Positions 15,101-24,818 of a stretch of 64,000 bases of DNA are shown in pieces. Each line of letters opens with the position of its first letter. Within the stretch, counting starts at the first letter, position 1. A model generated the notes under the pieces. The model was not told where the DNA came from. It did not search any database and was given only the letters and a program-made list of their open reading frames with translations. Source of the DNA: Paraspadella gotoi (Eukaryota; Animalia; Chaetognatha); the NCBI GenBank assembly GCA_051294375.1, contig CM119267.1, positions 7,354,749 to 7,418,748 on the forward strand, given 5' to 3'. Both the position numbers and the translations under genes were made by a program.

Positions 15101-15155
15101 CGGAGACTTCATCAAGGTTGTTCTTACAGAATTGGCTCAGCCCCTTGACCCCCAT
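1..15155 (-). CDS. Multi-exon gene: N-terminal FEN/XPG (asteroid/FAM120-like) PIN nuclease fused to a TDRD9/spindle-E-like DExH RNA helicase; 3' end at or beyond the window edge
   Basis: ATG at 15155 gives MGVKGLSQFC, followed by ILVDYYG, FFQDGPTG, GEAELAMG and GRDSDFMVL (FEN/XPG acidic motifs). Later exons give GETGCGKSTQVPQF, TQPRRIAA, DEVHER, MSAT, LVFLPG, ATNVAESSVT, QRRGRTGR, HA2-like LTLLGHIGMNLPID and IIVAALSPLFLEG. No clear gene boundary between the two halves. One frameshift at the G10 run, 2341-2350. Confidence 0.8.
6457..6840 (+). mobile_element. Non-autonomous Helentron-type (HINE/DINE-1-like) element in a helicase intron
   Basis: 5' hairpin GTTGCGCCGCG..CGCGGACCAAC, a GTCG/GTCC microsatellite-like tract, subterminal inverted copy GCGGCACAAC at 6805-6814, and end CTTGTTTT. 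A related inverted fragment lies at ~1453-1480. Confidence 0.55.
8366..10910 (-). mobile_element. ~2.5 kb non-autonomous Helentron-type (HINE/DINE-1-like) element with internal repeats, in a helicase intron
   Basis: Minus strand starts TTTTTAGTCGGAACTGCTTATCAGCAGATCCCGAC (hairpin), has GTCC microsatellites, a subterminal repeat GCAGATCCGAC (8387-8397), a short hairpin and CTTGTTT. Internal units containing AAACTCATTTCCACT..CGAAACTTT recur about six times. Confidence 0.65.
9945..10260. repeat. 18-bp minisatellite (CATAATTTGGTCAACTGG-like) inside the Helentron-type element
   Basis: Roughly 17 degenerate head-to-tail copies; they generate the spurious DQIMPV / QLTKLC repeat ORFs. Confidence 0.9.
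12470..12680. repeat. Degenerate 20-22 bp intronic tandem repeats
   Basis: Repeated TTGATGCGATAATAACCAAATA and AATTGATTAATGTAATAGT units. Confidence 0.75.
13015..13064. repeat. 50-bp near-perfect palindrome in an intron
   Basis: TGCAATATGCAAATTAG-A-ATATAGTACTATAT-A-CTAATTTGCATATTGCA, with a single A.A mismatch. Confidence 0.9.
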
Positions 15156-15400
15156 AATGCTGGATAACAGAGACGAGTCGAGAGTCAGTATGTATATATC
15201 TATTCTACTAAGGTTAGATCAGAACTAACCCTTGTAATCTAGAGTTCCATTTCGACTAAAAGCGTTTAAAAACGCCGATTGGAGCAATCTAAGTCATTTT
15301 TTTCGTACCGAGATTTCTTCCACTACATGAATGAATACAAGGACACACACAAGAATATAAGTAAATTATTAAAAAAATATACGGGTAAATGCAATCATCT

Positions 15401-16893
15401 CTAGGAGTAGACCCTGAGGTAAAAGAGCTCGCCGAGCTTGAAAGTCCAATTAAAGTCCAGGATGCCGAAGTAGTGGCCGAGGATGAGCGACGTGTAAAAG
15501 GCGAGACAGGTGTGGGCCTTTGTCACTTCGTAGGCGCGTCGGAGTAGGTTCTCGGCCGCCCCCACAGCGAAGAGCGTTGCGAAACAGCGGTACTCGTGGT
15601 AAGAGACGGACGCGACTAAAAAGGGGTTATCTGGAGCAAGAGGCAAAAAGCGAAGTAAAATTCAACTCAACAACAAACTATATACACTTATTATACAGTA
15701 TCAACTACACAGTAACACTTAAATATAGTCTAAATACAATCTGGGGTAAATGACAGAGAAATCTCTCAGACCCACTGGACATACGAAGTGTAGAGGCACA
15801 CTGTCAGGGGCATGGCGATCTCTTTTCCTCTCGGTTACTTCATAATATATCATATATTCCAAAAACCCCAGCACATGCCAACCAAGGACAGTTAAGACTA
15901 AGAGTGAGGCTATAACTAATAATGAAAACTTTATAAATCACGATTAAAATTACCCAATAATCTAAATCGAAAGGTGACCCGCTTGAATGCGATGGATCTT
16001 CGCATGGGAAGGATGATGGGCATGAGATGAGCGAAGAGCACGCTAGCCACCATGGTCCAGTAGGCCATATCGAAAGGGAGATCGAGCGCCAGCAACGCCT
16101 CCATCAGGTCCAGCGAAAGAAAGGGGACCCACAGGATGCAGAATAATCCGTCACAGACGACCCAGGGGACGGTTCGCTCGCGGCGGGCGTTGACGTTTTG
16201 CGCGCCGCCGCCGAAATCAAGGATGCCGACGTCACCGTGCTGTCGGGCCACTCAACGACCGTCAAACTTTATTTCAACGATATTTTTTTTTACCAAGGCG
16301 AACCTGCATGAGAAACTGGCGGCGAAAATGGACGACCTGCATCCAGTACATAGTGTGGTTGTCGCCGAAGATGTAAATGTGCAAACCGCGCGAGGCAAGT
16401 TGCTCGCGGTGCTCAGTCGGAGCCCGCATTCGAAAAAGATTAATCAAGGTGAAAAAAAAACAACTCAATTCGCGACAAAACATTTCTCAGAAAATGACAC
16501 GCGAAATGCGAAATGCGAATCCCTCACCAACATGGTTCTTCTCTCGCCTTGGGGAAGAGGCACCAGAGAGAGACGTCGCGTTAGAGAGGCGGGTTCGGGG
16601 GCGTCGGTAGGCGGGGCCGAGACGGGATTCGGATCGCTGGCGCGTCGGTATCGTGGATAATGATCGAGCGGGGCGTCAACGCGGGAAGGGTGAAGGTTAT
16701 AGTTGTCATTTCGACTCTGGCGCAACACGAAGGACAAAATGGAGGCGGAATCCAAGGAAGAGAGGGAACGTGCATCGTCGTCGTCGTCATCGTTCGAATT
16801 GTCGAATAACTCGTTCGATAATTCCAAATCGTCATTTCCGTCGTCGTCGTCGTCGTCTTCGTCACAATCGTCGAAATCAGATGAGTCACTCAT
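15401..16893 (-). CDS. Uncharacterised multi-exon membrane protein with acidic N-terminus
   Basis: MSDSSDFDDCDEDDDD start, then exons with hydrophobic segments (VPWVVCDGLFCILWVPFL, YWTMVASVLFAHLMPIILP, LAFYTSLILGHYFGIL). Family not recognised. Confidence 0.6.
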
Positions 16894-17184
16894 TTTACAT
16901 TTTAGTTTCAGCTTACTCTGCTAACTAAGCTAATGGTTTAACTATTTCTGAACTGTGACTGAAGAAATTTAAATAAAATGGCAAACTATAAAATCAGTAA
17001 ATCAATAATAAAAATCCCGTAATTATATAAACTAATTACAAAAATAAATTTGACTGTCGTAAACTTTGATATAAGTGAAAAAATCGATGATACATAATTA
17101 GCGCTTTAAATCCAGTCTTTTTGATAAGAGAAAAAAATCAACGAAGGACGACAGAGCGAAGCGAGCTCGCATTGCAGCTGTACC

Positions 17185-17245
17185 TACAACGATCTGTCTT
17201 TCTTGGTCAGCGACTGATTGTCAAGAAAAACTTCATCCGAACTCT
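17185..17245 (-). promoter_or_regulatory. SECIS element (type II) of GPx copy A
   Basis: Sense strand ATGAA-GTTTTTCTTG-ACAA-TCAG(TCG)CTGA-C-CAAGAAAGAC-AGAT: GA/GA core, 10-bp stem, AA loop, apical mini-stem. Confidence 0.85.
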
Positions 17246-17397
17246 CGAACTCAAGCCGTTCAAAAATAATTTATAAATAAAACAAAATTTTTTGGCATCG
17301 CAGTTAATAATCTCAAAGATTTGGTAAATTCTTATATCTCTACCCCCCCCCCACCGATTTCGTGAAGCAGAACGAAATTTTCCTCGTGTTTTATAAT

Positions 17398-18040
17398 TCA
17401 AAGTCCCAACGCCGTTTTGATATCAGGTTCCATGGAGGACGGATTCTCTTTGGGTCCATACCGCTTGATGGGCCTCCCGGTAGAGTCGATAAGGAACTTG
17501 GTAAAGTTCCACTTAATGGCATCGAAGAGAGTTCCGCCTTGCTCCTTTTTTAGGAATTTCCATAAAGGATGAGCGTCGTTGCCATTGACTTTGATCTTTT
17601 GAAACATGTTGAACGTGACGCCGTGAGTGGATGTTGCATAAGCTTTGATCTCCGCGTTCGAGCCCGGTTCCTGGCTGCCAAACTGGTTGCACGGAAAACC
17701 GAGAATACGAAGTCCGGAATCAGCGTACTTGCTGGACGTGAAAAATGACAATGATTTCATTTCAGGTTTAAACCTTGATGCGATAATCCTTTCTGATGAA
17801 GGCTTGAAATAGCAAGCCGAAACATGTCCGTCTCTTAAAAACCTAATATAAAGCTTACCTGTACAGAGCTTGTAGCTGATCATAGTTTGTTTTGGTTAAG
17901 CCTCATTGAGTTGCAACGTTGACAATGACACAGACCTTATCTCGACAGATATCGCCAAGATTAACTGGATTTCCATCAATGTCGTTTACAGTAAAATCGT
18001 AGATGGATGTTGCGTCACCCATTTCCGCCATGGTGGACAT
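17398..18040 (-). CDS. GPX4: Selenocysteine glutathione peroxidase (GPx4/PHGPx-like), copy A, 2 exons
   Basis: [23 protein letters not shown](17903-17905)[14 protein letters not shown], intron, then [12 protein letters not shown] and [13 protein letters not shown] present downstream. Start could be 18040 or 18031. Confidence 0.92.
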
Positions 18041-18471
18041 AGACAAAGTTTTAAAGTTTTTGCAAGAAAGTATCACTCGAGTATTGAATCGACAAATAAC
18101 TCTTACTGCGTGTATAAGGGTTACTGTAATAAAAACAATAAAAATAATATCCTTATTATTGAAATACGGAATGTATTACGAAATACAAAGAAGCAGTATT
18201 CGTTTTGTAGCAAAGTAAAAACTTAAAGTAATTTAAAAATTACATATAACGAATCCACCAAAAAAGGCACCGAAAAACATTTAAAAAGGATTTAAAAAGG
18301 ATATAAAAAGGAAAAATATATTTAAGCAATGAGTAGGTCTCGCTCCCCAGAATTAAAAATACTACCCTAAAACACGATAAAATATACCTTGTACGAATCT
18401 TGTATAATGTATAAGGTTACACAAAACAACAGCACCAAACAGCGCGTTAATGTTCTCGCTGCAGCTGTATC

Positions 18472-18530
18472 TGCAATTATCCATCAACCTCGGTCATGAA
18501 ATGATTAACGAGGAAAACTTCATTCGAACT
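18472..18530 (-). promoter_or_regulatory. SECIS element (type II) of GPx copy B
   Basis: Sense strand ATGAA-GTTTTCCTCG-TTAA-TCAT(TTC)ATGA-C-CGAGGTTGAT-GGAT; alignable to the copy A SECIS with compensatory changes. Confidence 0.8.
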
Positions 18531-18573
18531 CACGCTACTCAAAAGTAACATTTATAATTCACGTTTAATACTT

Positions 18574-19145
18574 TTAAACACCCAATGCTTTCACGATTTC
18601 TGGTTCCATACTCGATGGGTTATCTCTCGGCCCATATCGCTTGATGGGCTTTCCTGCTCTATCGACGAGAAATTTAGTGAAATTCCATTTGATGGCATCA
18701 AATAAGGTTCCACCCTTCTCTTTCTTGAGAAACTTCCACAGTGGGTGAGCATCGCTTCCATTGACTTTTATTTTTTGAAAAAGATTGAATGTGACAGAGT
18801 GAGTGGAGGTGGCATACGCTTTGATCTCTTCTTCCGTTCCTGGTTCAAGGTTGTTGAACTGGTTGCACGGAAAAGCCAAGATCAGGAGTCCCGATTCAGC
18901 ATACTTGCTAAAGGAGAGAAAATATTTAATATTTTTCACAGGCATCGGGAAATTAATTCTTTTTTTCTTCACCTATACAGTGCCTGTAGCTGATCATAGT
19001 TGGGCTTGGTTAAAGATCAGTGCGTTGCAACATTAACGATGATGCAGACCTTGCCTCGACAGAGGTCCCCGAGATTGACCTCATTGCCATCAATGTCGTT
19101 GGCGGTGAAGTCATAAATGGTTTTAGCCACATTTTTTTCCGCCAT
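18574..19145 (-). CDS. GPX4: Selenocysteine glutathione peroxidase (GPx4-like), copy B, 2 exons
   Basis: TIYDFTANDIDG..IIVNVATH-TGA(19017-19019)[14 protein letters not shown], same intron position as copy A, then FPCNQFNNLEPG and KWNFTKFL. Confidence 0.9.
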
Positions 19146-19511
19146 CGCAAAACAATAAGTGTCAATTATAACTCATTCAAAAAAGTCAATCTGGAAGGAA
19201 TTTATTTTTTGTTGTTAAAAGCAAGACACGCATAAACATTTCAATCGTACCTGGAAATGTAACAAAATAAAATAAAATATATAATTGCATTTAAGGCAAG
19301 ATTAATTGTGAAATCAATTGCGATTTCATGCGAATGAACCAAATCCAAAAAGGCGGGTGAACTTTGTAAAGAAACTAACTAATAAATAGAAGACGAGATC
19401 TCATTTGTAGATAAATTATAGTAGCTATTTGAAGCATTTATACAGAAAAATACTTTCTATCCAACTAACTATAACACCGAAAAAAGATAATTTTTCGACG
19501 TGTCTGTACAC

Positions 19512-19570
19512 ACGCGAAATCAAGCTCGTCTCATCGTAAAGGTTTAAAGACAAGCTTTCATGCAAAATTC
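19512..19570 (-). promoter_or_regulatory. SECIS element of GPx copy C
   Basis: Sense strand ATGAA-AGCTTGTCT-TTAAACCTTTACGATG-AGACGAGCT-TGAT: canonical AUGA/UGAU core, 9-bp stem, AAA in the loop. Confidence 0.88.
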
Positions 19571-19780
19571 CCTTTTTTGGCGTCAGAAACCGGCTATCGT
19601 TCTTCGCATGCCGTTGACAATTGGACAATGGACATGTCCCTAAAGTTAGGCACTAAGAAAATAAATTATCAGTTAGATTATTCTATTTATATAAGCGAAA
19701 GAAATAAGTGGTTGGGTTGCGACGAGGTGCAATTTGTGTTTCGACAAGCAGCACTACCACCATCTTCCTCCTCTCATCTT

Positions 19781-21011
19781 TCAGCGGGTCACCTTCAGCA
19801 GTTCCTCAATTTTGGCCTCCATGGATGAGGGAGGTTCTTTAGGTTCGTAGCGCTCAACCACGATTCCTTTTCGATTAATTAAAAATTTGGTGAAATTCCA
19901 CAAGATGGCCCCGCTGTCTTTGGTCAGGTACTTCCACAAGGGGTGAGCTCGAGCGCCGTTCACACGAATTTTTGAAAAAAGGTCAAAGGTGACTCCGTAA
20001 GTGGATTTGACGTTCTCTTTGATTTCCGCGTTAGAACCTGACGAAAATTGAAAAACCGCAACACGTAAGAATATTAGTCCGAGAATATAAAAATGGTAAT
20101 GACTAAAGAGTCGCGTGATAAGAGTCAAATGACCATTGAGTCATAATTTTTATTTACCTGGTTCTTGATTTTTGAACTGGTTAGACGGGAAAGCTAAAAC
20201 GCGAAGACCGGGTTTACGATCGGAATAGTTGCCGTACAGAGCTGCAACGTTAAAAAGACCATTACAAACGGGTTGGGCAAAAAAATAGTAGGACCTCCTC
20301 CCGCGCGCGTCACACCTTGCAATTCCAGGTAGTTGGTCTTCGCCAAACCTCATTCTGAGGCAACGTTGAAAATGACTAAGACTTGACCCTTGTACTTGGA
20401 GCCGCCCAAATGGACGACGTTGCCGTCTATGTCAAGGGCTCTGAAGTCGTAGACGGAGGAGGCGTTTTTCCAAGGTTGGTTATCGATGAAGTCGGTCGAG
20501 TTGATCGGGCCCGAACATCCGAGGTCGAGGATGGGACAGACCACGTACCTGTTCCGGAAGACAAAAGCGTCAACTCGGATCGTCGGAGCTTGTACTACAA
20601 TTATATTTGTATGGCCCATATGGTTACAGTTTTTAATAGGGAAACAAAAACTAAATAAATAAGAAATGGTTTTTTGAGAGTGGTCGTAGAGAAGAAATTG
20701 AATTATTCGGGTTTTGAAAGTGAAGAAAAAATAAATATACTAGATGTTATTCATATACTCATCCCACGGGCAGTATATCTCTACAGTAAACATTAGTATT
20801 TAAAATAAATTATTGCAGAAGTTTTCACGCACCATATCAAGACCCCTAAAAATATTAGCGCGACGACGACGACGATGGCGATGGCGACGCCCAAACAGAT
20901 TCGCAAAGGCTTTTTGTTGAGGCAACACTCGTCGGGGTCCGTCTTTCCACGTCCGTCCTTCAACTGCACGCGAGTCTCGTCCACGAAAACGTCCTCGTCT
21001 TCGTCGGACAT
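19781..21011 (-). CDS. Membrane-anchored (type II) selenocysteine glutathione peroxidase, copy C, about 4 exons
   Basis: Exon 1 [35 protein letters not shown] (TM). Then [23 protein letters not shown](20350-20352)[11 protein letters not shown], [12 protein letters not shown] and WNFTKFL. Confidence 0.85.
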
Positions 21012-21435
21012 CGTTTGTAATTTTAAGATCGACGTAGTTTTAGTTTTCACATCGCGGAATGAATATAGAGTATTGGAAAGCGATGCCGATGGTTTTAAAA
21101 CATCTTTTTGAACTGGGTGAGATGTCGAAACGTAAAATAAAAAGGCACTAGTGATGAGACGTGTAGCAGCTTCACAGAAACCAGCACCCAACCCAGCACA
21201 AATAAAAAAAAAAACTTAAAAGACAAAAGACAGTCGTTAGTTCAGGATATCAAAACCTATTCCGTTGTTAACGTGAGTAACTTTAATTAAACGAACGAAC
21301 TTCGATTTCATTCTAAAATCAAAGAAGAAAAGCAAACGGAATAGTTTTATAAAAGTAATATGTAATTCATGTAAAAATAAAAGACACGAAAGAGAACAAT
21401 ACGTAAAAAAACTATAAAGAATTAAGAAAAAAAAA

Positions 21436-22112
21436 TTAATCAGACCATTCTTCCTCAGAGTCGATGCTTTCGACAAACGCGTCGGGATCGTCGAGAGTTT
21501 CCGGGTCGAGATTCGGATTTTCGGTGACGAACTTAAGTTTGACGGCGGCGAGCGGCACGCCCAACTGTACCATCTTGAAGTATCGCCCGTAGCTCGGGTG
21601 TTCCTTGGCTCGAATCCGCCCGGTTTCAGTTGCCGGATCCACCTCGGGGTTGGAGATTGTTTGCTCGATCGCGTCCGTGCCTAAATCTTCGGGAGGATTC
21701 GTCCTCATCGTCGTCCTCGTCGTCGTCGTCGTCCCGGCCCCTTCGTCGGAGCGAATCAGATTCTCCTTCGGATCGTCGACGTGGTCGAGCCCAGGAACGG
21801 AATCGAGTTTAGCCTCCAACACGGAGAGCGTCGCCTTCGTCCTTTGGATTCTAACGTTTACTTCGTTGAGTCTATAGAAACGATTGAGAGGGGACGAGAA
21901 AGATTTTTTATGGGGCTCGATTCGCCACTGCAACCCTAAAAAATTAGCACGAGAACTCACTTTGTCTCGCAAGAAACTGCGAATCGGTTGAGAAAATCAA
22001 CTGTGTGGGCGACGAAATGGTTGATGAAGCACAGAAGGCGACCCGAGGCAAGAGCCTCCACCGAACGCCAGTCGATCGGTGGGCTTACGATCGGAAGCCC
22101 TTCCGCGTCCAT
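21436..22112 (-). CDS. WASHC3: WASH complex subunit 3 (CCDC53)
   Basis: MDAEGLPIVSPPIDW..FINHFVAHTVDFLNRFAVSCETK, intron, LSVLEAKLDSVPGL..YGRYFKMVQLGVP..LDDPDA. Confidence 0.93.
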
Positions 22113-23511
22113 GGAATACGACCAAAGTCGAAAAAAGTTATTAAAATTTAGCGGGAAAGTTCCTAGCTCTTTTGGCTCGGCATCAAATCGTAAGACTCCT
22201 AAAATATGAATTTTTGGCAAGATGAAGCTTAATTGTGCGACGACATCATGCGAGGATTACGATACCAAGTCAAAATCAAAAGAAAACACGAATTTGACGT
22301 TTGAATCTCATTTGTCGTTTCAATTTGATTTAGTCAAAGACAAACGCCTTCTGCATCAAGATTTTTTATCTTCTATTCTTTAGTAAAGGGAAATTATTCA
22401 GAAACCATTTTAAGTTTTTTAACAATTCCATCCGTATACGAAATAAATGATGATTTTAAAATGTATGACACATTTAAATAATGATTAATGATAATGGAAT
22501 GAATATGAATAGTGATTTACAATTAACGAATAAACGATAATATAAAATGTCAAGAAAAGAGTAAAAGTTGCTCGATCAGCATCAACTAAACTAAAAAAGA
22601 ATAAACATTTATAGAAAATTTGTGACTAGAAAAAACTTTCACATCCGTCATTTCGTAACGATCTGCCTTCTCTTGATGTTAATTCATAGGAACGCTTCGT
22701 TTTTACCTAAAATGTCATAAGTGAATAGGACCAAGTAAAGCACCTTTATAAAGTTAATAATATAATTCTATATTAAATTTAAAATGAGATATATATTTAA
22801 TATACATAATTTATCACTTATCGTTAAAAGCATTTTAAATATAAAATTATTTCTAACTAATACGTTTACATGAAGTTTTTTAAATTTTTAAGTACAAAAT
22901 TATATTTATTTATAAACTTATCTTTATCATAAATGAAAGCCCCCTAATAAGCTGAGCAAGCCCACATCATGATTTTTTTTATTTACAGAGAATAAAAAAA
23001 TACAAATAAAAGGTAAGAATTAAAAAGTCACAACACAAACAACTAAAACCTAAAATGTGAATTATAAGACGAATTCAGTCTTATGAATAATAATGACAAA
23101 ATGTTTAGTGTTGTTTAAAAGGGTAAATTACCATCCCAAATTTGCCATATTCGTGCAAAAATAATAAAACAAAACAAAACAAAACAAAACAACTTAAGTA
23201 AAAACCCAGCCAAATCAAAAAGAATTGAGAGAATAATATGAGAGTCATAAATTGCACAATTGAGATCAGTAATTATTTGATTCCAAGTCTATCCCACTCT
23301 CCTATTATTCAATGTATTAATTTGGCCTGAGAGAGGGTTGACTCGAGAACAGTGGAACGACAAAGCTAACGTGAAGCAAGGGAGATGAAATTGTGAGGGA
23401 TGGATTCATACGGACACGAAATATGATGAATGGGATAAAATGCGACGTGATTAAAATGATTGATGGAAAAAAAAGGAGAGAAATGTGGTTTGAGTAAATC
23501 TCTTTTTTTCT

Positions 23512-24457
23512 TTAATTAGATTTTTTCAAAATCATATCCTTGACTTTGGCGACGATTCCGGAAATGTAGGCGTCGACGATTCCGTGTTTCTTTGCGCCAG
23601 GGTAGAGAGCGACTAAAATTCGAAAAAAACATGGCGTCAAATTTAGTCTCATTAATTTTCATTACACGAATAGCGAAATACTCACATCCGAGAACCACGA
23701 GATAAAGAGTGAAATGGTCACCGAAAGTAGATCCGATCCAGGCGGTGAAAAGGAGAACAACGACAGCGAGCACTAAATACATACGCGGCCTGTCGCTTTT
23801 TATTTTGAAAATTCCTAGAGAAAAAAACAAGACGATCGTTAAGTCTTCTTTTAATTCTCGTGATGAGGTTGAATAATCATCCCTTACAGTTGACATCTTT
23901 ACTCTTACAGTTGACATCTTGACATCTTTACTCTTACCGGCCACAAAGGCTTTTGAATCGTTCTTGAAATCCACCATCGTCTCACAGACAACTTGGAAGT
24001 TGTTCTCCTGAAAATATTTGAATTTTATAAATAAAATTCGCATTTAAATAAGTTTGTTGATCCCGACGGATCGTAGGAATTCCAACTCACCTGGGCCGCG
24101 CTCCACTGATCCAATGGAAAAATTTTCGGCGCCAAAAGCGGAAGAGCGGCGTCGCCGAGACTCAGTAGCAGCAAATGCAGTGACAGCGCCGCGAAAAAAG
24201 TTGGATCAATGTACCACCACATAAAAAACTTGTCGAGACAAAAAAAATGGTCTTATTATATATAGTTAACAAGCAGGATGTCGACGAGCAAAGCAACCCA
24301 ACATTTATTTTACCTTGACCGTGACGATGGCAAAGATGATCCATGGGTAGAAATGCTGATCCCAATCGAAGAGGCTCTTCGCCAACACCAGCACCTCCTT
24401 CCATCCTTCCAGTGATCGACGCACAACATCCACCTCAGCGTCCCTTAACAGCGACAT
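23512..24457 (-). CDS. ARL6IP1: ARL6-interacting protein 1 (ER-shaping membrane protein)
   Basis: LEGWKEVLVLAKSLFDWDQHFYP, WYIDPTFF, LAPKIF..WSAAQE, KSDRPRMY..AWIG, LYPGAKKHGI; about 5 exons. Start uncertain. Confidence 0.85.
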
Positions 24458-24818
24458 CCTTAACTCTTGGGAGTAGGTGCGTTTTGGAATTTTTGGGTAA
24501 TCTTAGTTTAAAATAGAAGCGTTATTTTACTAGTTTTTTAATTGTGCAGTTTGCACACTTCGATATTTCAGAATCGTATATTCCGTCAAAACCTGCGAAG
24601 ACAAAATATGGAAAATCCAAATTTGTAATAAAAACGGGAAAAACGATTTGGTAGTCGCAAGAATAAAAAAAGGCATTGAGTGAAAGTCTTAATGTATATT
24701 GTATAAAATGCGTACGATTGGACGGAGTAAAAAAAAAAACCACCCTAACAAAAAAAAAAAAACCAAAAAAGAATTGGACGGTTTCTAGCGATAAAAGTAA
24801 TTGGCTCCTAGTCAAGAC

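Noticed and set aside
19190-19270. CCAG|GTACGA upstream of GPx copy B as a recursive or zero-length exon site
   Set aside because: Equally explained by an ordinary 5'UTR intron; cannot be resolved without reads.
17903-20352. GPx genes as pseudogenes with premature stops
   Set aside because: Each TGA is at the catalytic position and each gene has a SECIS.
23883-23938. Tandemly duplicated GTAAG donors in an ARL6IP1 intron as alternative splice sites
   Set aside because: The extra donors are out of phase with the acceptor; likely slippage repeats.
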